In this document: positions 33,306-48,352 of the stretch, one piece after another
Position numbering within the stretch: the stretch's first letter is position 1
Layout of the letters: each line of letters begins with the position of its first letter
Source: the human T2T-CHM13v2.0 reference genome, Homo sapiens
Length of the DNA: 64,000 bases
Assembly (NCBI RefSeq): GCF_009914755.1
Contig: NC_060947.1
Reading direction: 5' to 3' (one strand)
Position numbers and translations under genes: made by a program
Notes under the pieces: model-generated
Seen by the model: the letters and a program-made list of their open reading frames with translations, nothing else
Told to the model about the DNA's origin: nothing
Database searches by the model: none

Positions 33306-35256
33306 ATATTATTACTAGGTACACACAGAGAACATACCATTAAACAGGTACTGTACACATATGGTGGACATGTATAGTATCTGCACATATTATTGCATAT
33401 TTATTTAATGCACCACCTTAATTGTGTAGTCAAAATTCCCATTTATCTGTCTCTGAACACATTCAGTGTAAACATATCAGTATATATTCCCAAGATAAAC
33501 ATACAACAGAGAATTGATAACCATCTTTGAAAAGATGAAAGGTTTTGTATGGACTTAGTAACCAGAATCATAACCAGTGGATGAAAATTACAGAAATGTA
33601 GATTTGGGCCAAATAAAATGAAGAAATCTGCTAACATTAGAGGTTATCAAAAAATTGATTGGATAAATACTAAACTCCATGTCCTTGAATGACCATTTAC
33701 TGGTGAAGTTTGTAGAAGGAATTCATCTATGAGATATGAGGCTTGGACTGATGACCTTTAAAGTTCCTTCTCACCTCCAGATACCATCACATTGGGGATT
33801 AGGTTTCAACATATGAATTTTGAGAGAACACAAACAGTCTATAGCACCAGAAAATTCTAGTTGTTGCTGTTGAGTGTGTGTGTGTATGTGTATATTAGCC
33901 TGGTGACTGACATTTCTATATAAATATTTGCCTTTAGATTGAGTTTCAAGCATTTAAAAAAAATAAAGATGCCATGGGTGGTAGATAAAAGACATCTTCT
34001 CCAGTTTGTGACCCAGAATAATTTTTTTGAAGGATGAAGTTCATATGCCTTTATTCATTTCTCTTTAGATCACGCCATATATACTCAATGTGTTGAAAAA
34101 CAAAATTATGCTTAGTCCATATTGTTAGAAGTATACCTCCAACCTTGCTCCAAAAAGCTTCCGATCTGTTTCACAGATTCACCATTTCTAGTTGCTTTAG
34201 AAATTACCATTACTTATTCTCTTTATGTGTCAGGCTTGCAGTGCAGAAAATATGACTTTCTACTGGTAGACTAATTGCATTTCAAGATTTGCTTTGTGGG
34301 TATTTTTTCAAAGTTCAGCTTCTTGGTGGTATTTACTGAAGTGTTCCAGAAACCATCTTACCTACAATAGGCCCAGGACTCATAGTTATGCACTATGTAG
34401 GAAATGAATTTTAGATCTTAATTTTGTATGTAAATCTACCTTGTATATGATAGGTTATATATTTTCTTTTAATAATTTCCCCTTATTTATAAGGTAATAC
34501 ATATTCGCTGTAGAAAATCATTACACAAAGGTACAAATAAGGCACAAACCTCCTATTATTATTATTTTAATCAGCAACAAAAGATGCTCGCCGTAAATCC
34601 TTTGTGAATATTTTTCCAGAATTCTCCATACACAGAGGTATACACATGTGCATAGATAAATGACTGACATGAATGGGATTATTCTATACACAGTATTCTG
34701 TAACATCTGTTTTCATTTAACACTTTATGAGCTCTTTTCATGTCAATGTATATAGAGACTTACCCCTTAATAACTTATATAAACATGTTGCTACTGTCTG
34801 CTAGTATCCTTTTGTTTGTCTGTTTGTTTTGCTAGTATCCTTTCCTTGAAAAAACATCCACTGAATATTCTATGCAGTCCTAGTAAGGAAGATAATCACA
34901 GTAGTCTCTCCTGATTTGGCGAGTGGCAAGCAATCAGCTGACCCAGGCCTGAACAAATGAGAGTTCTGTATGCTCCTAGCTAGATGGGCCTCCTAAAACC
35001 AATCAACATCCTCTCTGAGATTTAATATATAAACACTGACAGAGAAAGTCTCACTTCCTTTGGGACTGAGAGTTATTAAGACATTATAAGCTAAAGTTCC
35101 TTGCAGCCATCTTCACTAACTACAAGAAGGAAGTTGTTTGCAGTAGGAAAATTGAAGCCAAAACACAAAAAGAAGCAGATGGACAGAAAGAGAGAGCGTA
35201 TTGATATATCTTGGGCCCTGGATCCAGCCATACCTGAAGCTACCACATCTGGACTA

Positions 35257-35530
35257 CAGTCAGTTCTGCTATAAAGGGGCATGAGCATTCCTAAAAATCA
35301 CTCTGCTATGCAAAATTGTTCAATAAAAACCACAAGGCTTATGGGGAAAATGGGGTAGGGGCACAACATTCAAAAATTTCATCAGTGATATATACACAAA
35401 AAGATATGAACCTAATAAAAATGGCAGCACAGTTTTACACATGTAAAATGATTAGGAAATACATAAATGCTACAGTAAAGATGGTACTTTACTTTGAAAA
35501 AGACCTGAAATTTGCTTGTGGAAGTAGGTA
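35257..35530 (+). mobile_element. TcMar-Tigger-like DNA transposon left end
   Basis: TA|CAGTCAGTTCTGCTATAA terminus, inserted in an old MLT1-like LTR (~34840-35255). Confidence 0.55.
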
Positions 35531-35551
35531 TCAGAAGGGTTGCAGGTTGTA

Positions 35552-35657
35552 GACCAGGTACAGTGGCTCACGCCTGTAATCCCAACACTTTGGGAGGCCA
35601 AGGCAAGAGGATCACTTGAGGCCAGGAGTTCAAGACCAGCCTGGGCAACACAGTGAG
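35552..35657 (+). mobile_element. Alu left monomer (FLAM-like), 3'-truncated
   Basis: Left arm only, no A tail. Confidence 0.85.
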
Positions 35658-36183
35658 TAATATTTAATCTTTTCCTGTCAACATTATGTCTCAAATCACC
35701 TAACACTGTACATAAAAAATTATTTTTCCTGAGTTATCACTTTAGCTCTTGCTTGTAACAAAAGGCTACATGCATTAGGATGTACTTGGAACACTGATGT
35801 TCTGAGTGACTGGTTACCCTTGGGGTTGCGGCAAAATTAGCCTCAAGGATGTTGCCAGTTTGTATTATTCTTGCCAAGAGGAGAGAATGAACATCCCACA
35901 GATAAGTTGTTCCATACAGTGGCTGTGACCTCTAGTCTTTGGAGAGTAGAGTATTTGCTATGCAGATAAGGAATTTAGTTAAGCATAAAAATTTTCCTTA
36001 AACCCACCTTACCCTTAGATGTATGAAATTTTAATAGTCATTGGGAATGAGCCAGGTAGGGAAGGTTTTATTCTTATTTTTATCTACACACATGATTTTG
36101 CAGCATCATATGATCTGCTGAAACCATTTAATTTGAGGGTATTTTTAGTTCTGAGGTACCCTAGAAAATAGTATCTTATGGAC

Positions 36184-36406
36184 CAAGGATCTGAAAATTT
36201 TTCTGTAAAAACGGCCTGATAGTAAATATCTTAGGCTTAGGCTTTGTGGGTCACACAGTCTCTGTCCCAGCTACTCAACTCTGCCATGATAGCGGCCATG
36301 TGCAATATATAAACAAATAGTCCTGGCTATGTTCCAACAATATGTTATTTACAAAAACAGAGAGTGGGACAGATTTGTCCAGTGGACCATAATTTGCCAA
36401 CCTCTG
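36184..36406 (+). mobile_element. MER58A-like hAT MITE
   Basis: TTTTCTGTAAA..GGCC.GATAGTAAATAT.TTAGGCTTTGTGGG ... TTTGCCAACCTCTG; 8-bp TSD TTATGGAC / CTTTGGAC. Confidence 0.8.
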
Positions 36407-36716
36407 CTTTGGACCAATAGTTTTTCATTTGTTCTTTTTTTTTATCGGGCCTTAGGACAGTCTCCGGAGATTCAAGGAAGGTCAAACAGACAGGGACCTC
36501 AACTTTGAAACCCTGTTTCAAATAGAGCAGTTTTTATTTGTATACTATATCGACTTTTGCATAAAATTAAGTTTGATTAAGGTTCCATTTCTAATACAGA
36601 GAAAAGCTTCAAAACCACTGCCTTGGATGATACCTAAAATCTGCTGCTTTAAAACTCAAGAACTGATATTTCAGGCAAAATAAACACATCTTTTACATCT
36701 TTAAAAGTGATGATGG

Positions 36717-37066
<350 letters not shown>

Positions 37067-37256
37067 TCATTCTAGCAATTGGCTTTCTCATGCAATTGAT
37101 AAAAGCATTTAAACGGAAACTTTAAAAGCTCTAAAAATGTTACCAGTTTATCATTCCTATCCATTTTACCTTTTTCTAAGTATAATGTTTAAGGCAGCTT
37201 AAAAGGTCCAAGAGAGCTGATATGGTATATTGAAAAAAAACAGAGCACCAAACTAG

Positions 37257-37679
<423 letters not shown>

Positions 37680-37746
37680 TAGAACGCTTCATGACACCAA
37701 ATTGTATATGTTTACTGAACTGAGCGACTGGTTTCCACACACGGCA

Positions 37747-38069
37747 TTTTGTTTTTGTTGTTGCTGTTGTTTTTTGTGTGTGTGTGTGAGAGACAGGGTG
37801 TGGCTCTGCTGCCCAGTCTGGAGTGTAGTGGTGCTATCTCAGCTCACTGTAGCCTCAACCTCCTGGGCTCAAGCGATTCTCCCACCTCAGCCTCCACAGT
37901 AGTTGAGACCATAGGCACATGCCACCACACCCAGTTAAATTTTGAATTTTTTGTAGAGACAGGGTTTCACCATGTTGCCCAGGCTGGTCTGAAACTCTTG
38001 AGCTCAAGAAATCCGCCTGCCTCGGCCTCCCAAAGTGCAGGGATTACGGGCGTGAGCCACCGCGCCTGG
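37747..38069 (-). mobile_element. AluJ
   Basis: Full antisense dimer. Confidence 0.9.
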
Positions 38070-39749
38070 AACTAACACCTCTATCATATAGAGAAAACTA
38101 ACTTTTTTTTCTTTGGAAGCCATAAATTCACTATTAGATATCTAGGAAGAGAATACATTCAGGTAGTTAACATCTTTCCATAAATATATATTTCCCTACC
38201 TTATATCTGGTATCTTTCCATAATCCAAAAAGAAAACAAAAAAACCTATCTTAGTGAGCAAAACGTTTTTAAAAGTTAGTACTTTGAGTTACATTTTTAT
38301 ACCTAGGAAGTTAATTAACATGTTTAAGACACATAAAACCTAATAATTTTTAGGTTTGACAAAAGTCATACCCTCACAAGGATCCACAAATCCCTTGTCT
38401 CCAATTCTGAAACTTCAAAAGCTCTGGAAACCAAGTTTCTGTTTTTTTTTTTTTTTAGTAATTTATTTGACAGTCAAATAGATCTATCTTAAACTTATTT
38501 GGCAGAAGCGTCTGACTCAAACTGAATGAGGCTATTTACTTGTATTTATTTATCCCGTATGAACAATCATATATCTTGCTGCAAAAATATTAATATATTT
38601 GATTACGCAGTGTTTTCCCTAAACTCCCTGGGGTATTATAGAATATACAGTATATGACATTTGGTTTTTACCCAAGTCCACTAGACCACAGCAGACCTTG
38701 CCCTGATTGCTTGACAAAGTCTAGAGCCCCTTTCCAGTTTCTCTGAGACCATACCCCTGGCTCCAATCCAGCCTTTTCTTGAATACTAATTGAGGCTGCA
38801 CGAACAGCTCAAAATGCCTATCATGATGTCAGTTGGAGAAATAAATATGCTGTGTGATCATACTGAAAGTCAATGTTATCACCTTGATGGTCAATGACCC
38901 GTGGTTTAAGAAGGAACATCTCGGTTTTTTAAAAAGTACCTTTCTATTTTTATCACCGGACGCTGGGCAGTTGAGGATCAGAATTAAGCCATTAGCTCGT
39001 AGGCTTGCAATGATATCTGCTCAATAAATATTTACCATTTAGCTGACGCACATCTTGGGCAGTATGTAAGAACTTCTCTCACACTGTGTTGGCAGCGACA
39101 GACATGTGCGGAGAAAAAGTAACCGGAGGCCTAATACTGGCTCAGCTCCAGCAATAAATCCATCATTACACCATGGAACTGGCACACTCCCCGTGTATAT
39201 CTCAAGGACCCCACCCTCTGGCCGGCAGGATCATATCTAGGGATCTCAATTAGAGATCTCGTAGTGAATAAGGGCGAGTTATTCTCGTAACGCCAGAGGT
39301 GGTGGACCTGCCGACGCCCTAGGGTGGGACATTCCGGGCTTGGATAGTAAGACATCGTAAATATACGCCAAAATGTCCACACCAACGTTTCCCGAGAGTA
39401 TTTCTTTACAAGTAAAAGACCGACTCAAAATCACCCCTCTCAAAACGCGTCTCTTTGGAACTGCAGAGTTAGGGAGTAAGACTTTCTGCCTGACCCCACC
39501 TACGTCGGCCGCGCGCTCTCAGAGCCAGGGCACCACGCTGCTCCTGCGCAGGTCCTAGACTCCTCCCTTCGGGAGGCTCACCCCCTCCCTTCTCGGCTAC
39601 TTCCGGCCCTCACCGAACGCCCTCAACGCGCTTGCGCCGTTTTGATAGGCTTCTCGGGCCGAAGTAATCGGAGCGCTGCCTCTCTGGAACCGCCCCCGCC
39701 ACCTCTTCGCCCCGCCCACGTATTACCGCCCCTCCGAAATCTCGCGAGG

Positions 39750-40160
39750 GTAGGTGCGCGTCGGTATTTTGCGGGCAACTAGCTCTTCCAGCTGCTGTAA
39801 ATTGCTGCTGCGGGAGAAACTGGAGCCGCTGTAGCCGGCGCGCCCTTCTTCCCTTACTGCGAGGAGCCACCGCCTCTTTCGCGCTCCTTATACACCTATC
39901 ACTGGGAGCGGTGGCAGCAACATTCCCTGGACCAACCGCCGCCTCTTCAGGCGGCCGCTTTGCCGGTCATTCCCGAAGCCCGGCAACTGAGGGCGGCCCC
40001 CTTTCCTTAACAGTCTCCTCGCTACAGATCGTCTGCTCCCTCAGCCTCGCCCGAGACCCACTTCCCCAGTCTCGCCCGGGTGGAGGTCGACGAGGAGGAG
40101 ACAAGAGTCACCCTTCCTCCAGGCGGCGCCGGCCCCCTCACCCGCGGGTGTGTCCTATAA
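39750..40160 (+). other. WDR44: WDR44 5' UTR (start approximate)
   Basis: GC-rich, AUG-free stretch between the promoter motifs and the ATG. The exact TSS cannot be read from sequence. Confidence 0.6.
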
Positions 40161-40237
40161 ATGGCGTCGGAAAGCGACACCGAGGAATTCTATGATGCCC
40201 CTGAAGATGTGCACCTAGGGGGCGGCTACCCCGTGGG
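40161..40237 (+). CDS. WDR44: WD repeat-containing protein 44 (Rab11-binding protein / rabphilin-11), coding exon 1 (77 nt, phase-2 end)
   Basis: Translates MASESDTEEFYDAPEDVHLGGGYPV+GG, which I recognise as the WDR44 N-terminus, including the FFAT motif EFYDAPE. Followed by the canonical donor GG|GTAAGT. Missing from the ORF track. Confidence 0.96.
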
Positions 40238-42889
40238 GTAAGTGACTGCAGCTATGACAGGAAGCCGGGCATCCCAAGCCCCCCGCATCTCCTGTGTCTT
40301 CCCCCTACACCCCTCCCAGGTCCCGCTGTGTCCGCCACCGCTGTTCCTCCCCGTCTCACTGGAGGACTTCAGAACCCAGACCTGGGGCTTCTTAGGGCGG
40401 GGTGACTCGGAGAAGGGGGAGTCAGCCACCTCGGGCAGCCTCCCGGCCGTTTCCCTACTGAACGGTCCCAGGGTCGGTCTCGGAGCCCGTTTCTCTTCTG
40501 ATCCAGCCTTCTGTGAGGGGGAACAGCTTACGTGCCTGAGTCGGAGATTTGTATCTGTGGGGTTCTGAGCTTACCTTTCAAACATCCGTTTTGGCCTCGG
40601 GGACCGTAGATTAAAGGAGCAGTAACAGGAGAAATGTAACTTGTAGTTTTTTATTCTCCCGTTTACCGCTAACTTACCTATTCACTTCAGAGGTGGCTGT
40701 AACTCTCCCCTATTTGCCGTCCTCTTTTTCTTGCACACAGCGAAAAGGAGCGGGGGGAAGGTTGGGTATTTGCTTAAGAAAGTCCTCTAGCGAATGTACT
40801 CTAGATCAACAGTGTTTTATTAAAATAACACCTTATCGTGAGGTAAAGGAAATCGAATACACGGTCCCTATTAGGCAGAATGCGGTCTAAAAGGATGGCC
40901 AGACAGAAGAAATGTGCACAACTGACTGCAGAGGGACAAACAAGTGCTGAGTAATCTGGTGATTGGAAGGAGAGCCCCAGCTTTGTGTTCTTTATCTAAT
41001 TCTGCAAGATGTTTTAGTGGTGATTAATATGGGTGATTCTGAATAGGAAGTACAGTAGTTGGAATGCTCGCTTGACTAGGACTTGTATTTACTTACCCAC
41101 TTCTCCACTTTTCAAAGTTGGGGTAGTGCTTTAAAGCGATTTCGCCGAACTCCCCTACGAATGTACGTGGAAATAGAGGCAGTGAAATATATTTTCATGC
41201 TGTAAGAACTTGAGGATTGGTAAAATGTAGATGTTAGTATAAAGGACTAATATGGTTCGAGAAGTTCACTGCCTTCAATTCTCACACTTACTCCGTGGGA
41301 GTAATAACCCGCTGTGATGCAAGTATAGTTAGCCATGCATGCTAGAAGTCATTCTAAAAACTAATGTATGTTTATACACAATATGCACCAAAAAGTTACA
41401 GTAATAAAATCAGAAAGCAATGTACGTTGGTAGATTTCAGATGTTTGTCTTTCCACCAACCTTCATGTCACTGTTGTGGGATTTTGGGGTGGCAGTGGCC
41501 AATCTTGAGATGACACCGAATCTCCTTCAAGTTCAATATCTGAGACAAGTTTAGAGCTAGGTGTAGAGCATAGGAAATACATTTGGGTTTTGAAATGTAT
41601 TGGACTTCCGTGAAACTTAATTTTTGTGTGTGTGGTTTTCCCTTCAAAGTAATGAACTGACAATTCAGATTGAATGAGACACCAAGTCCTTTGGTACTTT
41701 TGTGTGTGTGTATTGGGGTGGGGGAGGGAAATCATCAGTTTATGAGCTGATCAGTTTAGAACTACTCTGTGGATATTGTTCTTTCCACTGAATAAGTTTA
41801 ATTTCAAAGGACGCAAGTTATATCAGGACCTGTGTAAACTGTCTAGTCCAGTACCTGGGCACAGAGAAAGCATTCAAAATGTTCATGCTTTTCTCCTTCC
41901 TTTCTTGGCATTGGCAAATTTGTTAACTTTACACAAAGCTTATTTTGGGAGATATATAGAACTTGGACCTATTTTACTTATCTAAACCGGATGAGTCATT
42001 TTGATAGAATTGATAGAGTCACTTCTTCCCTCATGAGATAATACAGCTTCTCAAGCACTTTGATCCTCTGATATTAGGTGAAAACTGAAAAAGGTTTTTT
42101 TGGAACTCAGCTTTCTAATTTTAACTTTAACCTGCCCAATTACTAAGTGTGTTGAGTTCTATGGATAAAACTACAGGGTCAGTTTGTGGATTTCAGGGCT
42201 CCTTTCTGTATTAGAGGATTGGAAAGACAATAGACTAATCTGGAGAATTGCATCTGAAAAGAACTGGCAGCACTGAGGGCAGAAAAAGGTTAGCATCATT
42301 TACATTTTCCTCTATCCTTTGTGGAAGGTTGTATCATTTGCATAAGACACCGTGAGGAGATCTGGGTGGGCAACTTATAACCTAGAAATGTAGTGAGAAA
42401 TCTTGATTTGTGGAAACAGATTGCCTTACTAGATATTGGTCATCAGAAATATGTTCTGTTCCTTCATATGATCTGGAGTGGCAAACTATACAATTTCTAA
42501 GGTTAATAGACTGAATTTGGGCACTTCAGAAATGTTCCTTGCTGTTGTGTGTTTGGGAGTACACAGACTATGTCAACAAATTGTAGTAAACTGAATAGGC
42601 AGTGGAGACTTATCTCATGTTTTGTTAATTAGCACAATCCTAATACACAAGCTATTTCCTAAAATTAATTTATTTCTTGCATTTTCCTTCCAATGATGTC
42701 TTCGGCTTTGTTAATCTACTCTTTGAAAGCAAATTTAATAAGTTAAAAATCAGCCCAGTTTTTTTAGAGACTTTTAATTCCAGTACAGCCTACTTTTCTA
42801 CAGTGGCAGATGATCTTCACTTGCCCAGCTTTGCAATATATGCCGTATTTATAATGCTTTTTTATTGATATTTTAGGTCAGGTTTTCTT

Positions 42890-43504
<615 letters not shown>

Positions 43505-45324
43505 TAGGAACCTTAGACTCAGAGACGGTTAAGTGAATTTGTCCTAGGAGAGAGCTTTTAAGTGGCAGAACTGGGATTTGAAACCAGCTCTTCAGACTCC
43601 TAGTCCAGTATTTTTTTTTTTTTTTCCTGTGGAGGGCGATGAGAGCAGTGACAGAGAGGTGGACAGAGATCCTCCCCTGGTAAATTCTGGAGTAAAATGC
43701 TTTAGGACCAAGTTGCTGAATTGAACTGATACATCTCCATTAAAACCAGCAGCCTAAACTTTTTTGTTCTCTTGGCAAGAAATTCCACTTTCTTTCAGCA
43801 ACGTGTATTTTTGTTTTGTCAGATAGGAATTTTGCAAGATCATAGCCTGTTGCAGCTAGAAGGGACATCTAGTTAAACTCCTTCGTGTAAAATGTTGTGA
43901 AAACTGAAACCTAGAGAGAGAAAGCAACTTGTAAAAGCTGCCACAGCAAATTAATGGTGGAGCTAGGTCTAGAACCCGGATCAGTTTGACTGTCTGGCGT
44001 TCTTTCTGCTACTGGGCTGTCTTTTGATAGAGCAGGAAAGAGAAGAGGAATCGTGTGGTACACTAGAAAAGAGCCCTGCACTGTGAGTCATTTTATTTCC
44101 TCATCTTTAAATTGAGGGGATTACACTCTTGAGAACCCTTCCAACTCTAAATGTCTTTATATTGAGGTTTAATAGTGTGCTTGTATTGATAAGCTTTTGT
44201 TCTTGGTAAATCTTTCGTGATTTTTTTTAATCTTTTCGTTTAACTTAATGGTATTTGGTACATAGTTCAAGACCCATAAATTTGAAATTAAGTATTTACT
44301 GGGTAAATTATATATGAGATGAATGCCCCTGCTAACTCATGTGGTTTATACTTACACATACTAAAGGCTGGCACTGAGAACATGTTGTAAAAATAAATGT
44401 AACATTTTCAGCACTCTTTTTTTTAGTGGCAGCCAAAATATTTTTGAGGCCTTGGAAGAAGGATAGAATCATAACATTTTTAGAGTAGGAAGGGACTGGA
44501 GATCATTTTAGCCCAGCCTTCCCTTTTAACTGAAAGTGAAATTTAGGGTCTGAGAGGGGAAGTGACACATTGCTAATAAGGGCAGACTTGGAACTAGAGC
44601 CCAGGTCTCTTGATTCCTCACTTATACCATGCTACCATGTCTGCGGAAGAAGGGAAAGTATTGCTGGCTATTCCTGCCATAGGTTTCTGGCACTTACCCT
44701 ATTAGCTGGGCTTTTAAGATGGTTTACTTGACTGTTTCTTCATACCTTGCCTATCAGAGGTCTTGAACTATTTTAGAATCCTAAGTTTTGCTTACGAGTT
44801 TTTTCCAAGTGAAAGTGAAAAACAATGGCAAAATAGCTTGTCTAAGAACAGTGATTATTTGTATTATTTTATTCTTAGGCATTTAGTTAGTATTAACTGC
44901 AATCTACCATATTCAGATAGGAATAATGATAAAATCTTAAGTCATGGGAACTGAGACCAAACTGTCCTGAATAATTGTTAGGTCTGAAAAACAAAAAGGT
45001 GTGTAGCTGCCTTTGTTGAAAACTCAGCTTCTCACTTTACTTAGGTGTCAGAAACATTTCTCTCTGAATTGAAAATTGATACAAGTTTTAATTTAAAAAA
45101 TACCTGTGCAATATTTATTACTTTAGGGAAGTTTCCTTAAAAATGGCTGTTTGTTGATGAGTTGACATTTGATCACAAATTTGATTACTGAAGGCTTTAA
45201 GGAGTGATAGAAGTATATTTACAAATGCTGTTTTATCGCACTCATGTAACATCATATTGAAGTGAGAAAAAACAACCCTCTACATATTAGTTAGTAAATT
45301 CAAGTTCTAAATTTAGTGACATCC

Positions 45325-45642
<318 letters not shown>

Positions 45643-45789
45643 TCAGTTGGTAACTCATGGGGGTAGGATAGTCCATAGTGGCATGGCAATTTGGGGGCTC
45701 AAGTTGAATCTGTATAAACTCCTGTAAATTGGAAACTGTATTCTCTTCTTGTGATAATCTACTTCATAAGATAGGACAGATAAAATTTG

Positions 45790-45972
45790 TGTTGTTTGTT
45801 TTTTGTTTTTTGTTTTTTTTTTTGAGACAGGGTCTCACTCTGTCACCCAGGCTAGAGTGCAATGGTGCAATCTCAGCTCACTGCAGCCTCGACCTCCCCA
45901 GGCTCAGGTGATCCTCCCACCTCAGCCTCCCAAGTAGCTGGGACCACATATGTGCACCACCACGCCCAGCTA

Positions 45973-46033
<61 letters not shown>

Positions 46034-46155
46034 TTGTAGAGATGGGGTTTCACCATGTTGCCCAGGCTAGTCTCAAACTCCTGGGCTCAACTGATCCACC
46101 CAACCTCGACCTCCCAAAGTGCTGAGATTACAGGTATGCACCACTGCACCTGTCC
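45790..46155 (-). mobile_element. AluJ with ~(TA)20 + T19 expansion in the linker
   Basis: Dimer; microsatellite at ~45976-46035. Confidence 0.9.
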
Positions 46156-47451
46156 CTTGATTTTAAAAAATATTAAAAACCTAAATAGTTTTAGGATGTG
46201 AAGTATAGTGGTGGTCTTAAACAGAAAATAATTTCTAATTATTGGTATTTTAGACTTACTGTCTAACCTTTACATTACCCAACACTCCATGTGTTTGTAC
46301 TCTTAAGTTCATTGTTAAGACTTTGACAGAATCAGGTGAATTTGCCAGGCAAGCACCTTTAAGAGGCTGCTTGTTTCCTCCTCATACTCTGCAATTTTGT
46401 TAGTTACTTCCTGGGGTAGTAGTGGAGGTGGAGGAAGGGAGTATAAAGAGATCATGCAGGTTGTGGTGATGGAGGTGGAAGAGGTAAAGGTAGCCCCAGC
46501 AGTAGGTATAGAGACCAAGTTACAGTGCTGCTTCCTGGGGCATGGATAACTGAGATAAGACAAATCCCATCATTTTGATACACATGTTCACAGCATGAAT
46601 TAAATAACCCCTTCTCTAAGAGATTAATAACCTATAAGAAATACCTCAAATCAAAGTTAAAGTAACAAAAATTGTAGGTACTTTATGATGTCCTACTGAT
46701 ATTTAGCTTGAATTGATAAATAACCTATGTTTCTCATTTCTATCCATAGTTAGGCTAATATCTACAAACTTTCACAAGGACTGTTCCCCTCTCACTGTTG
46801 GATATTATTCAGCTAACCAGCTAAACCTTTAATAGGGTGCTTTCCTTACTCTTCAGAGTGAAACTCTTTCTATTCCCTTATTTCAAACTCAGCAGTGTTT
46901 GTGTTAGTCTGTCATCTCATGATTCAAAACCGAGGAAAAAGCACCTACGACATAATGTGGGCCTCATACCTGATGGCAACCCTGATGTTTTTCCTCAGTC
47001 AGTATACAAATTTATCTTGGTTACTATAGCAACCAGTCTATCAGTTATTCTTCTAGCTCTTTTGCCTTCTCTCAGATACTAGGATTACCATATAATCAGG
47101 TTCTGCCAGAGCGCTTCAGGTCTTAGAGTTCTATTACCAGCTGCAACTGTCTGGCAGTTCACAGTTTGGCATTCCATCAGAGTCAGTTGTTTTTTAAGTC
47201 CACAAAACCTTTTTGTCTCCAAACCTTTTTAAACATTTTAAACATATATAATTTAACAAAAACATGTTTAGGCAGCAATTTCCTCATACTAATTTTCTCA
47301 ATCCAGTGTTAGTCATTGCCCTGAAGATTGAATGCATTGCATCACTGCATCCAATAGCCATCCCTTTATAATAACAAGTAGAATCAATTTCCAGATCGAG
47401 GGTGACCATTTAGGAAATATATTTGCAAATGTGATTTTAGACTCAGTATCA

Positions 47452-47977
47452 TCACAAACTAGCTAAAATGACTTAAAAGCATCTTGATCATCAGCAGCTA
47501 CCAAATAATCCAGCTTTTAACAAAAATGATTTCTATAGGTTGTAGAAAGAATGTTTGGCCTTTAGATTAATTCATTTTAATTTGAGAAAACTGTTTAGAA
47601 AACTAATAGGAAGTGTTATCTTTTGTAGCCCTTGAATAAACAGGAAGAGAACAGTAAAGACTGAATAGTTGTATGGGTCTTTTTTTTTATATTTATTTGA
47701 CATACTTTTTTAACTCTTAAAAATCTCAGAATTCATGTAACTAAAATAGTTTTAAATTATAAATATGTTTACCTGTTTTGGTCAAAACAAGGATTGGCCA
47801 GGTACAGAAGCTCATGCCTGTAATCCCAGTGCCATGAGAGGCTGAGGTGGAGGGATCACTTGAAGCCAGGAGTTTGAGACCAGCCTGGGCAATGTAGCAA
47901 GACCTCATCTCTACAAAAAGTTTTTAAAAATTAGTTGGACATGATGGTGCATGCCTATAGTTCTAGCTATTTGGGAG
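47452..47977 (+). repeat. Donor copy of the local ~0.53-kb duplication
   Basis: Near-identical to 51717-52265. Confidence 0.95.
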
Positions 47978-48096
47978 ATTGGGGCAGGAGGATTGCTTGG
48001 GCCCAGGAGGTCGAGGGTGCAGTGAGCTATGGTCACGCCACTGTACTCTGGCCTGGGCGATGGAGCCAGACTCTGTCTCTTAAAAAAAAAAAAAAA
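47796..48096 (+). mobile_element. AluJ
   Basis: Full diverged dimer with A tail. Confidence 0.9.
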
Positions 48097-48281
48097 CTAT
48101 AGTTAAATTATGATAATGCTTCAAGGAAATCTTTAATTGTACAAATAGACTTAAGACTGGTTTCACTTTCTCCACAGAGTCCTGATCTTTAAAATTTTTC
48201 AAAGGGGGAGTCAGGTTTTTAAAAAATCTGAGGATGAAATATAAGATTTTTTGAAACTTCTGAGGGAAAACTTGAATGGTA

Positions 48282-48352
48282 TTTTTTTTTATTATACTTT
48301 AAGTTCTGGGGTACATGTGCAGAACATGCAGTTTTGTTACATAGGTATACAC
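48282..48352 (-). mobile_element. Ultra-short (~70 bp) L1PA 3' end
   Basis: TTATTATACTTTAAGTTCTGGGGTACATGTGCAGAACATGCAG..; TSD TGAATGGTATTTT (48273-48285 / 48353-48365). Confidence 0.92.

Larger units (their letters stand above)
39290..40620 (+). promoter_or_regulatory. WDR44: CpG-island promoter and first exon region of WDR44
   Basis: Dense, undepleted CpG. Motifs: ETS ACTTCCGG (39599-39606), NRF1-like GCGCTTGCGC (39628-39637), GC boxes (39690-39717), and TCTCGCGAGG (39740-39749, BANP/ZBTB33-type palindrome). Confidence 0.9.

Noticed and set aside
39610-40568. Several GC-rich ORFs on both strands in the CpG island
   Set aside because: Expected from stop-codon scarcity in GC-rich DNA; none resembles a known protein. 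Only the GUG-started overlapping ORF was kept, as a regulatory hypothesis.
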